DNA of 63,955 nt, the filler included, from Reclinomonas americana ATCC 50394 (lineage: Eukaryota): NCBI GenBank assembly GCA_048213135.1. It is 7 parts of 7 records of this genome, joined end to end, with 100 filler letters (N's around TTAATTAATTAA, not from the genome) between each part and the next. Parts side by side here need not be neighbours in the genome. Positions count along the whole stretch, not along the records: positions 30,068 to 37,989 come from AFZH01016336.1; positions 38,090 to 48,437 come from PS015979.1; 5 more parts are not named here. The stretch is one strand, 5' to 3'. This document shows positions 31,329 through 43,490 of this stretch, in pieces. The notes beneath the pieces were generated by a model, which saw only the letters and a program-made list of their open reading frames with translations, was not told the DNA's origin and did not search any database. The position numbers and the translations under genes were made by a program. Each line of letters opens with the position of its first letter. The stretch's first letter is position 1.

Positions 31329-34300
31329 GCCCTCACCACCTACCCCCGCCTCTACGTCTTTTCCCGCGCGTTTCTCGAGCAAAAGAAACAGCATATCGCC
31401 AGCGACGTGGCGGACACGGCCATTGTAGTACCGCACACCAATCCGCAAGTCGCACGCGATGAGTTTCGCGAGTGGAGCAGTGTGGCCACTGTGCGACTGG
31501 AGGCCGCACGTGCGCTGATTGCCTTTGCGGTGCGTCGGAGCTCGGCAATTGAGGAAACGGTCGATTGTGGCAAGCAAATGGTCCGGCGGGCGAGTGAGGG
31601 ACTGGCGGGAGGTCTGCGCTGGTTGACGGGCTTGTCGTTGACACCGACGACACTGCATCAGGCGCAGGGGCAGTTGGCCGGGCAGAGGCAGTCGTTGGAG
31701 GATTTGGTGGCGCATTTGGAGGCGCAGGCGGTGTCGGTGCAGGTGCGGGAGGCGTTGGCGGCGGTGGTGGAGGAGTGCTCGGTGCAGTTGGAGGTGGCGG
31801 GGGTGGAGGGTGTGGAGTTTGAGGCGAAGGGTGAGGAGGTGGCGGGGAGGGGGAAGGAGGGGGAAGGGGGGAGAAGGGGGGAAAGGGGAAGAGAGGGGGA
31901 CGGGGGGAAGGGAAATGGGGGGAAAGTGGGAGAGCAGACAGTGAGGGGAGAGCTTATCGAGGAACTGCTGATCGATGAGGCAGAGAGGGCGAGAGCAGAG
32001 TGAAGAAGCAGAGCACAGCGAGGGGTGGAGAACAGAGCAGATAGGGCGTCTTTCCTCGCTTGCATTCTCCGCGCTGTCTCTTCTGTTGCTTTGCCGGCTT
32101 GAGTGTCCTCTTTTGCCTGCGTCTCATTCGCTCCGCGCGTCTCCCTTGGCTCTCTCTGGAGCGAGGGGAGGAAAGTGGAGCTGTGGGAAAAGAGCAGAGC
32201 GAAGAACAGCTGGTCGACGAGGTTGAGCGAGGAGGGAATGCAGGAGAGGGAGGAAGGAGAGCAGAGCGAAGGGTGGAAGCAGAGCTCTTGCAATCCTCCC
32301 CCTCGCTTCCCTTTCCTCGCTCTCATTCATCAATCCTTTCTCCTTTCTTTTCTTCTCTTGCTTCCCTGGCTTGCTTGTCCTCTTTGTCACATGCTTCCCT
32401 TGACTCTCTCTCTGGAGCGCAGAGTTAGGAGTTCCATATCGAGATGGAAGAGCAAGAGCGATAGGAGAGTGGAGCGAGGGGGCGGAGAACAGAGCAGATA
32501 GGGCATCTTTCTTCACTTGCTATCCTCTCGTTCTTCCCTTGCGCTTTCTCCTCATTTGCTTCCCTGGTTTGTATGTCCTCTTTTGCCTGTGTCTCATACG
32601 CTCAGTGCGCTTCTCCATCTCATTTGGAGCGAGAAGGAGAGAGCACAGCGAGGGGTGGATTTCAGGGAGAAGAGAAGAGCAGACAGGGCACCTATCTTCT
32701 CTTACTATCCTCCGCGCTTTCTCTTGTTTTTTGCTTTTCCCCCTGCGTCTCATGCGCTGCGTGTGCTTCTCCCTCTCATTCTCTGGAGCGAGGGGGAAGG
32801 GCAGATCGAAGGATGAGACTGAGAGAGTAGAGCGACGGAGAGTGCTTTGCAGAGTTGGATTCTCACCCCCTCTTGTACAGACACTCCGGTGGAACGCCGG
32901 GCGCAGTTGATGGAGAGCGCGTTTCATCGATTCTCACACACGCTGCCGCGCGTTGAGCAGCACATGGCGCAGGCCGTGTGTTGGTTGGGTGAGCTGCAGG
33001 CTGCCGACTGCCAGATCGCCGAGTTGTGCAAGCTGGCCAGTGCGGCAAAGCATTTCGCGGCTCGGCTGGTCGACGCGCGTTGCGTAATGAGGTGAAGACG
33101 AGCTTGTACACTCGCCTTGTCACTCACTTTTTCGAATTGCAGGCGTGTGCGAGCTGCTGCCGGGGATGGTGGAGCAGAAGCGTCGGTACGAGGAGGCGTG
33201 CGAGCGGATGGCGGAGACGTGCTTGGACCCGGTGCTCGACTTGGCGGAGCAGGAGGTTGTGCGGAGGAGGGCGTTTGCGGAGGAGTTTCCGCTGGGGCCG
33301 TTTTTGTGTCCCGAGATGGCCAAGCCGGTGGCCACGTTCGAGGTAGGCAAAAAAGGGAAAGGGGCGAGAGGGAAGGGCAAGAGTGAAAGGGGCGAGAGTA
33401 AACGGGAAGAGAGGGCGAGGGGAGAGACTGAAAGGGGTGAGAAGAATGAGAAGGGGAAGGGGTGAGAGGGAATGGAAGGCGAAGGGGTGAGAGGGAAGGA
33501 AAGGCAAAGGGGGAGAGGGAAGGAAAAGAGAAAGGGGAGGGAGGGACCGAGAAGAGAGGAGTGAAAAGAGAGAGCGGGATGAGAGGGAGAGAGGAAGGGG
33601 AATGGGTGAGAGGGAAGGAAAGGCAAAGGGGGAGAGGGAATGATGAAGGGGAAGGGGAGGGGGCAACGGGAAGAGAGGAGTGAAAGAAGAGGACACGGGA
33701 TGACAGGGAAAGAGGAAGGGACAGGGATACGATTTCAGGAAAGGGGCGGATCGAAGGCGGTGAACGGAAGGGGCATGGTGGGAAGAAAGGAGAGGAGGAG
33801 AGGGAGACGAAAGAGAAATGAGCAGAGAGGGAAAGGAGCGAGACAAAGGGGAGGAGAAACGGGAGTGAAGAGGACACGAGGAGAAATGAATGGAGGAGAG
33901 TGCGCGGCTAAGAGAAAATGTCTCAATCAGCGTGCTGGAAAAGATGTTCATGTTCTTCGTAATTGTTGCTGATTTGTTTCTTTTGTGCAGCTTCGGCGTG
34001 TGGGTGCGTACTGGTGACTGTTGCAGCGCGTGGTGGCAGCAGGCACTTAATTTCTTTGTGTGCAGGTGTCAAGTGGTTCGGCGTCGCTGCGCCGAAGGAT
34101 GTGCGGGAGGTGAGGACAGGAGAGGGAAGGGAAGGGGGAAAGAGAGAAACAAAAAGAGGAGAATCGAAGAGACAAGGGACGAGGTGATGGGAGAGAGAGA
34201 GAGAAAGAAGACTTGAGACGAGAAGCAGGACCCAAAGGAGAGACGAGCCGATCACATGGGAGCCTCTCGGGAACCTCCGCTTATTCGATTCGCCTCATTT

Positions 34301-37300
34301 GCCTCGTTCTCCTCCCGTTTCCACTCTTCTCCTCTCGCTTACTCTTGTCTCCTCTCGGAGGACAAGGGTTGAGGAGTGAGGGTTGAGAGGCGAGGGTTGA
34401 GGGCTGAAAAATGGAGGGAAGGAGGACAAGGGTTGAGAGGCCAGGGTTGCGGGTTGAATAATTGAGGGTTGAGGAGCGAGGGTTGAGGAACGAGGGTCGA
34501 GGGTTGAAGAATGGAGGGTTGAGGTACAAGGGTTGAGGAGCGAGGATTGAGTGTCGAGAGACATAGGTTGAAGGACAAGGGTTGATGGTTACAAAAGAGA
34601 GAGTTGGAGGCCAAGGGTAGAGTGTTGAGGGTTGAATATGGAGGGTTGAGCTCATGAGAGACAAGGGTTGAGGAGCGAGGGTCGAGGGTTGAATAACGGA
34701 GGGTTGACGGTCGAGGGTTGTAGGGCTGAGTGTTGAAAAAATGAGGGTTGACAGTCGAGGGTTGAGAGTCGAGGGTTGAGGGTTGACAAGTGAGGGTTGA
34801 GGAACGAGGGTCGAGGGTTGAAGAATGGAGGGTTGGAGGACAAGGGTTGAGGTACAAGGGTTGGGTTTCGAGGGTTGAGGGGCGAGGGTCGAGGGTTGAA
34901 AAATGCAGGGTTGGAGACAAGGGTTGAGAGGCGAGGGTTAAGGGTCGAAGAATTGAGGGTTGGAGGACAAGGGTTGAGGAGCGAGGGTTGAGGGTTGAAA
35001 ATGGAGGGTTGGAGACAAGGGTTGATCGAGCGTTGAAATATGCGGGGTTTCTCTCGATTTCTATCGCTTCATCTCGCTTCTTCTCGTTTGCACTTGTCCC
35101 CTTCCATTTTCTCTCGTCTCCTGTCTCGCCTCCTCTCTCATTTTACTTCGTCTCTTCTCGTCTCACTCATCTCTTCCCTGCAGCCACTGAAGCAAGATGC
35201 GTGTACCTTTGTGGACGGCCTGCCCGACCGAGTGCCTGTGCTGCGCCAACGGTGCGTGTGGACATTCTCTTGCTTTGCAGGATTGCTGCAGACTCACTTC
35301 TCTACCACAGCGTGAATGAGCTGGCGGAGGCCCTGATGCACACACGGGATGAAGCGGCCATGGTTTGCTTATCCCACTGTGCCTCGCCTGTGCAATGAAC
35401 TCACCCTCGCCCTCTCCTGCCAGCTGAGACGCGAAAACGAGCAGCTGCACCGCGAGTTGCGACCCTTCTTCCCCCCACGCTTTGTTTTCTTCATCCTCAC
35501 CATTTCCGCACACAGCAACGACGAGTTGGCACGCGCGGCGGACCAGTTGCGCCTCACACAGGAGGCGATGATGCCTCGCATTGAGGCCCGCCAGCTGGAC
35601 GAGCAGAATCTCAGAATTGTGCGTGACTGTGCTTGCGAGTACCAGGAGTCGCTGATAACTGACTTGCGCGACAGGCGGAGCGCAAGAATGTGATTCTTGG
35701 TGACAAGTGCGTGAATGCTTGGTTTTCGAGGTGTGCTATCTGGTGATCTCACACTGTGGTGATTTGTTACAGGGTCGAGCTTCTTGAGCGACAGGTCTGA
35801 GGAGTTCGTTGGTGATCAATCTCGTCGTTGTCACTCACTTTCTACTGCAGATTCAAGTCACCGCTGAGCAGCATCAGAAGCGGCGAGTGTGGGTGGCGCG
35901 GTTGGTTGTTCAGCCATTCTTTCTCACCTCTCCTGCAAACAGTGTTTTCGATTTGACCTCGGAACTTGCCACGCTTCGCTCTGACAATGCGCAACTCAAG
36001 CAGGTGTGTGCAAGGGAAAGAAGGAAGGGAGCGGCGGGCAACAGAGAGAGGAAAATGGGACAGAAAAGCGGAACGGGGAGGAGAAGTGGGAAGGAGACGA
36101 GGTGGAAATGGACAAGTGTTCTTCTTCCGTGTTTCCTGCCTCTCTCCAGCTTCTAGTTCCTTCCATTCACGGTTCTCTTGTACTGTGGCCTTCAGTCCGC
36201 TTGCGCTTTCCCCCCCTCTGAACACCGCAATGTTGTACCATCGCATGGCTGATGCGAACCGATAATGAGAGGACACAATTGTCTCCTATTCTGCCCTGTT
36301 CTTTCACTGCATCTCTCCAGGCTTCCTTCCCCTGCTGCCAAATCTCCCTCTGCCGTCTGCCTCCCTTGCTGACCGCACTTCCCCATTACGCAGCGCGCCA
36401 ATGCAATTGAAGTCGCCCATGCATCGTTGCGTTTGCCAATGTGTGGCAGTTGTAGTTGTTCGACTCTGACAGTCTTGAATTTCGTGCAGATCTGCCGCCA
36501 ACGAGCGCCATCTGGCCGTGGTGCGTGTCTCGCCCTCTTGCTACTCTCGACTTGCACTCATTCTGCTTCTCCGGTGCAGCGCGTGCGCGATCTCGAAGAG
36601 CAGTTGCGAGCGTCTGCCGTGCATGGTGGACAACGTCGGTGTCTAATCTTCTCCCCCGCGCAGACTGGAGCCGCTGCGCGAGGAGAGCACTCGTCGTGCA
36701 CGCGACTTCATTGAGCTGTCGAGCCGCGCGACCGAGAACCAGCGACTGGCGGAGACACAGGCGCGCGAGCTGACGGAGCTCCGAGCTGATCTCACTGAGA
36801 AGAATCGACTGGTGGACGAGGTGCGTCTCCATCATGGTCGTTGATGCTGCGTTGGTGTTACTGACAGTCTTTCCATTCAGCTGCATGCCAGCAATCAGCT
36901 TCTTTCGTTGCGTTTTTGGGTGTACTGGTGCTTTTGGAGTAACTGTGTTACTCATTGTTGTTTCACAGTGCCGAATCCGTGAGTGTGGGAGTCACGGACG
37001 TTTTCACGTGATCATTACTCACCATCTTTTATCACAGGGGGTGAAGCAAGCGCTGGAAGAAGAGTTGCGCGCGAGACTCCGTGAGAGCTCAACAACGTGG
37101 TGCTCACCATCTCTTCGTGCAGAATCTACAGACTTCGCGGTGAGATCCGGTCGCTGCGGAGGGCCAGCACGACAGTGGTCGCAGATGCAGGCGTTGTGGA
37201 TGCCGGGTGCGTATACTGTGGCTCTTTGGGAGGGTATCGGTTCTGATTGCTTTGCTGCAGAGAAATCGCCAACTTGCGCGCCCAGCTGGCCGAGGTTACT

Positions 37301-40300
37301 CGCGAGAAGACTAGACTCAGGTGCGTGGTGTTTGCATAAAGGTGTCTCGGATTTTGCTGACTCTCTTCTACCGTCTCGCAGCGAGGAGGCAGCACGGGTG
37401 AGATCTGCGCATTGTCGGAGTAGTGTCTATGTGCTTCTCACTATTCCTGTTGCACAGCTCCGCCAAGCGGCAACTGACAGCAGCGCAGTGAGTAAGAGCA
37501 AACTGCAACCCTCACACACCTTGATGCTGACCAATTCTCTCTCTTCTCTTCTTTCTCTCCCTCTTCTCTTGCTCACTTCTATTCTCTCTCACCTTTCTCC
37601 TTTCTCACCCTCTCTCTCGCTCTTCTCCTCCGTCTCTCTCTCTCTTCTCTTCCGTCTCTCGCTCTTCTCCTCCCTCTGTCGCTCTTCTCCTCCGTCTCTT
37701 GCTCTTCTCCCCCGTCTCTCTCTCTTCTCCTCCGTCTCTTGCTCTTCTCCCCCGTCTCTCTCTCTTCTCCTCCGTCTCTTGCTCTTCTCTCCCGTGTCTC
37801 TCTCTTCTCCTCCGTCTCTTGCTCTTCTCTCCCGTGTCTCTCTCTTCTCCTCCGTCTCTTGCTCTTCTCTCCCGTCTCTCTCTCTCTCTCTCTTCTCTTC
37901 CGTCTCTCGCTCTTCTCCTCCGTCTCTCGCTCTTCTCCTCCCTCTCTCGCTCTTCTCCTCCGTCTCTCGCTCTTCTCCTCTGTCTCTCGNNNNNNNNNNN
38001 NNNNNNNNNNNNNNNNNNNNNNNNNNNNNNNNNTTAATTAATTAANNNNNNNNNNNNNNNNNNNNNNNNNNNNNNNNNNNNNNNNNNNNCTCTTCTCCTC
38101 CATCTCTCGCTCTCTTCTCCTCCCTCTCTCGCTGTTCTCCTCCCTCTCTCGCTATTCTCTTCTCACTTTCTCTCTCTTGGCATCTGCAGCAACGCGACTC
38201 TCGGCAGCGGCGCGAGATGGAAGCCGCGGAGGAGCTGCGTGCACTGCGCCAGCGATTCGACGAGTACCAGGCCGAGGTGAGCAATGTGCGTGTCCCCCAC
38301 ACAAACAACAGTGCTGACTCCCTCGCGCAGGTTAGCGAAACGATGGCCTCGCGCACCAACGCCGACGTGGCTGCCATTGTTCGCATCCACCAGGAACAGG
38401 TGCGGCCGCAAGTGTTGCCCTCTTGCAGGAAGACGCTCACATCTTTGGTGCACAGTTCGAGGAGGAGCTGCGTCTGGTGAAGGAGGCCAATGATGAGCGC
38501 ATGCAGCGCAAGGAGGCGGAAGTGAGTGAGACGTACGAAGGTGATTTCTGCACCTTTTGCTCATTGCTGCTGCAGTTTGGTGCGTGGAAGGACACCTATC
38601 GCAACCAGCTGGCCGAGGCCATGGCATCGTTGCAGGAGGCGCAGCAGGAGCTGGCCGCTCGGCAGCGGTCGAGTGGAGCGGCGGTGAGTGAATGGCGAAG
38701 AGAGGGGTAGGAGAGGGGGGAGGCAGAAGTGACAGAAAGCATGTCAAACTCTGGCGGTATTTTGCAGCAGTGATTGTGGGAGGAGTGTGGGTCGGCCATT
38801 CTATCGTCTTGTTTCGCCTTCGTCGACTGACCATCTCCTTGTGTACAGGAGGCCTTGATGCAGCAAAAGCTGGAGGCGGAGGAGGCCAAGGAGCTGTTGA
38901 CTCGCGAGGTCAGTTTTTCGAAGATTGAGTGCGCAACGAGGCGAGAGTCTCACTCTCCTCGCAGCTTGCCGACCTGCGGCGCATGTATGGCGAGGCGGAG
39001 GACCGCTACGCTCGGTTGTCCATTGAGGTGAGTGTTGCCCTGGACTAGCTTTCTCGTGCCTCGCTGACATGTGAGAACAGTTGCAGCAAGCTCGTGCGGC
39101 AGTGAATGAGGCCGGTCGCAGTCAGTCCTCTGCTGAGAAACCGCAGGTGCGTCTTTTCCAGCATTCTCTTGAGCATGCGTGCGTCGGTGTTTGTGTGAGC
39201 GCGTGTGTGGTGTCTTTGTTGAGGCTTTGCCTGCTGTTCTCTCCTGTTCTCTCCTGCTCTCTCCTTATTGTTCTCTCTGTTCTCTCTGTTCTCTCTGCTC
39301 TCTCTTGTTTTCTCTGTTCTTTCCTGTTATCTCTTGTTCTCTCCCGTTCTCTCTTGTTCTCTCCCATTTTTTCTCTTTCATTCTCTCCTTCTCTGAGTTC
39401 TCTCCTGCTCTCTCTGTTCTCTCTATGATCGCTCCTGTTCTCTCCATGATCGCTCCTATTCTCTCTTCTCTCCTGTTCTCTCCTGTTCTCTCCCGTTCCC
39501 TCTTGTTCACTCCCATTCTCTCCTCCTATTCTCTCTTATTCTCTCCTGTTCTCTCCTATTCTCTTCTGTTCTCTTGTTCACTCCTGGTCTCTCCTGGTCT
39601 CTCCTGTTCTCTCTTGTTCACTCCTGTTCTCTCCTGTTCTCTCCTGTTCTCTCCTGTTCTCTCCTGTTCTCTCCCATTCTCTCCCATTCTCTCCCATTCT
39701 CTCCTGTTCTCTCCTGGTTTCTCCTGTTCTCTCCTGTTCTCTATTGTTCTCTCTGTTCTCTCTGTTCTCTCTTGTTCTCTCATGTTCTCTCTTGTTGTCT
39801 CCTGGTCACTCCTGTTCTCTCCTGTTCTCTGAGTTCTCTCCCATACTCTCCCATGCTCTCGAATTCTCCGAGTTCCCTCCTGTTCACTCCTGGTCTCTCC
39901 TGTTCTCTCCTGTTCTCTCCTGTTCTCTCCTGTTATCTGAGTTCTCTCCTATTCTCTTGTTCTCTCCCATTCTCTCCTATTCTCTGAGTTCTCTCTTGTT
40001 CTCTCCTGTTCTCTCCTGTTCTCTCCTGTTCTCTCCTGTTCTCCATTGTTCTCTGAGCGTGTCACCCTAAGCTCCCTTACCAATTGTGTGAAAGCAGGCT
40101 GGTGCAGACGTTGGCGGTGCACGTTGCGTTTGTCTTTCTGCTCCCTTTTGCTCCACATTCTATCTCTGTAATTCATGCTTCCCCTTCTGCTCTCTCTCCC
40201 CCCGCAGTGGCCGAGCGCGCGCGCTACGCCGAGGACGCACTGGCTCGCGTGCTGTACACGTCGGGGCTGGTGTCGTCGAGCCAGCGCGTGCCGCAGGAGG

Positions 40301-42477
40301 GATTGGATGCGAGTTGGCGGGCGCGCATCGAGCGGTGCCTGTGCATTGTGCGGGATGCGGTGGACATGCAGCAGACGTTGATATTGGTGGGGACGGAGTT
40401 GGGCGTGTTGAGGGTGGTGGAGGGTGGGAGGGTGGTGGATGCGTCGGCCACGTTGGAGCAGGTGAGAATGAGGAGAAGGGGAAGGAAAGGGGAGGGGAAG
40501 GGAGTAACTGGGGAGGGGGAGGGGGAGAGAAGGGGAAAGAAGAGAAAAGGGAAGAGAAGGGGAAGGGGGTAACTGGGGGAGGAGAGGGGGAAGAGAAGAA
40601 GCAAGAGTGGACGTGCAAGAATGAAACGGAGAGGAGGTGGTGGCAGAGGAGACGGAAGTCAAGCACATAGTGTGGAGAGAGAAAGTGGGGGAGGAGAAGA
40701 TGGCGCTGAGTACGTGAAAGAGATTTACCAGTTAAAGATCAAGGGTCAAGGGATGAAAACAGTCAAGGAGGATTCGATGAACGAGAAACAAGGAGGGAGG
40801 AGAATACAGAGGAGTGAACAGGAGAGAACAAGAGAGACCAGAAGAGAACAGTAGAGAACAGTAGAGAATAGGAGAGACCAGGAGAGAACAGAGAGAACAA
40901 TAGAGAACAGGAGAAATCAAGGGAGAACAATTGAGAACCTGAGGGAACAGGAGTGAACAGGAGAGAATAGGAAAGATTGGGAGAGAATGGAAAAGAAAAG
41001 AGAGAACAGAGAGAACAAGAGAGAGCAGGAGTGAACAGGAGAACGGGAGAGTACAGGAGCGATCAGAGAGAGGAAACAGATAACAGAGACACCGGAAGGG
41101 GCAATAGAGAACAGGATAGAACAGGAGAGAACAAGAGAGAACAAGAGAGAACAGAGAGAACAGAGAGAGAGAGAGAGCAGAGAGAACAGAGAGAACAGGA
41201 GAGAACAGGAGAGGACGGTGAGACCAGGAGAGAACAGAGAGGCCAAGAGAACAATAAAGAACAAGAGAGAACAGGAGCGAACATTGAGAAGAAACAGATA
41301 ACAAAGAGACCAGGAGAGAACAAGAGAGATCAATAGAGAGCAGAGAGAGCAGAGAGAACAATAGAGAGCAGAGAGAGCAGAGAGAGCACAGAGAACAGGA
41401 GAGAACAGAGAGAATGGGAGAGAACACGAGAGAACAATAGAGAACCTGAGGGAACAGGAGAGAACAGGAGAGAACAGAGAGAATAGGAGAGAACAGGAGA
41501 GAATAGGAGAGAACAGGAAAGAATGGGAGAGAATAAGAGAGAACAAGAGAGAACACGAGAGAACAAGAGAGAATAGGAGAGAACAAGAGAGAACAAGAGA
41601 GAACAGAGAGGAAACAGACAACAGAGAGATTAGGAGAGAACAGAGAACAATAGAGAACAGGAGAGAACAGGACAGAATGGGAGAGAATAAGAGAGAACAA
41701 GAGAGAATAGGAGAGAACAAGAGAGAACAAGAGAGATGAGTGAGGAGCGAGCGGAGTGGGGACAATAAGGATGGAAGCAGAAGGACTGCGATGGGAGAGA
41801 AGAGATCCCATTTCGTTTTACTGATCGGTAACGAGAAAAGAAACGAGATGAAGTGAGGGAGAAAGAGAGGGAGAGTGCAACAAGAGGCCGCAACACTGAT
41901 GGTGTACCCACCCTTCTCCCCCCTCCAGTGCCGTCAATCGGTGATCACGCGCGAGGAACTCGTGCGAATCCAGTCGACCATGCCTGTGCTCTTCTCCGAG
42001 TTGCGCCACCTCGCCGTCGCCTTTTGTCTCTCTCTCTCCTCCTCCCTCAATACACCCCCGCAGCATTGAGCACGTGTGCAAGGAGCGCATCCAGGCGTCG
42101 GTGCTGTTGACGCGCTGCACGTCCAATCCGCAGTACTACGAGGTCATTCATCGCGGACAAGTTCGCGTTTTGGTCAAGTCCGACGAGGCGGATCCGCGCA
42201 CCAATCAGCGCGTCAAGTGCGTGCCTCTCTGCTCGCCGTCCCTCTTCTTCTCCCCTCACTCTGCTGCGGCTGCTGTAGGCAAATTCGCAACGATGACTCG
42301 GTGCTGTTGGCGACCATTGTCGGTCTAGTGCCAGCCACGGTCGCGGCGGTGAGCAAAGAGAGAGATAGAAGAGGAGTCCTTGCTCGTACTCACCAGTTCC
42401 CGCAGAACGAACGACTGCCCGACGGACTGCGGGTGGGCATGCCGTACTTTACGGCGTTGGTGGATGGTGGGGTGTGA
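31329..42477 (+). CDS. Probable ATG11/FIP200 (RB1CC1)-like autophagy scaffold, multi-exon; 5' end uncertain, spans a linker
   Basis: PRLYVFSRAFL; MVEQKRRYEE...AEQEVVRRRAFAEEF...FLCPEM..PVATFE (Atg11/Atg17-like segment); many short coiled-coil exons; C-terminal LLATIVGLVP...LPDGLRVGMPYFTALV resembling the claw domain. Confidence 0.5.
34365..35025. repeat. Degenerate (GAGGGTT)n heptamer array, telomere-like, intronic
   Basis: Dense GAGGGTT/GAGGGTC/AAGGGTT units over about 650 bp. Confidence 0.8.
39230..41735. repeat. Oppositely oriented 10-mer arrays: (TTCTCTCCTG)n at ~39230-40050 and (CAGGAGAGAA)n at ~40810-41735
   Basis: The two arrays are reverse complements of the same degenerate unit and flank the exon at ~40208-40461. 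Confidence 0.85.
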
Positions 42478-43194
42478 GGGAGAAAGTAAAGAAACGCGTC
42501 ATTACACTCTCAGTCATCAGACTCATCCTCCTCGCTGTTGACAATCGAGGCCTGCCAGTGCGCCCAGGCACGGGCGTTTTGTTGTACAGAGGACGACAGG
42601 ACTTCGGCCTCTTCCTCGGCGACGGACTGCGGAGGAGGGGAAGAGGGGGGGAAGAAGGGGGGGANNNNNNNNNNNNNNNNNNNNNNNNNNNNNNNNNNNN
42701 NNNNNNNNNNNNNNNNNNNNNNNNNNNNNNNNNNNNNNNNNNNNNNNNNNNNNNNNNNNNNNNNNNNNNNNNNNNNNNNNNNNNNNNNNNNNNNNNNNNN
42801 NNNNNNNNNNNNNNNNNNNNNNNNNNNNNNNNNNNNNNNNNNNNNNNNNNNNNNNNNNNNNNNNNNNNNNNNNNNNNNNNNNNNNNNNNNNNNNNNNNNN
42901 NNNNNNNNNNNNNNNNNNNNNNNNNNNNNNNNNNNNNNNNNNNNNNNNNNNNNNNNNNNNNNNNNNNNNNNNNNNNNNNNNNNNNNNNNNNNNNNNNNNN
43001 NNNNNNNNNNNNNNNNNNNNNNNNNNNNNNNNNNNNNNNNNNNNNNNNNNNNNNNNNNNNNNNNNNNNNNNNNNNNNNNNNNNNNNNNNNNNNNNNNNNN
43101 NNNNNNNNNNNNNNNNNNNNNNNNNNNNNNNNNNNNNNNNNNNNNNNNNNNNNNNNNNNNNNNNNNNNNNNNNNNNNNNNNNNNNNNNNNNNNN

Positions 43195-43261
<67 letters not shown>

Positions 43262-43490
43262 TAGATGCATGGAGCGCGAGAGTGAGAGAATGAGTGGCAA
43301 TTCACCCCTTTTCTTGCTGCAGCTCAATAGTGAAGACGAGAGCTAGTGAGACGGTGAGCGAACGACAAGCCAAGATGATTGGAGAGCAACCAGCCGTGTC
43401 ATCGATAGCGAGAGAGAGGGAGAGGCAGAATGCTTCAGCGCCAAAGAAGCGTGCGGACGATGAAGCCGTTCCTCTCCACCTTCTCCTCAT

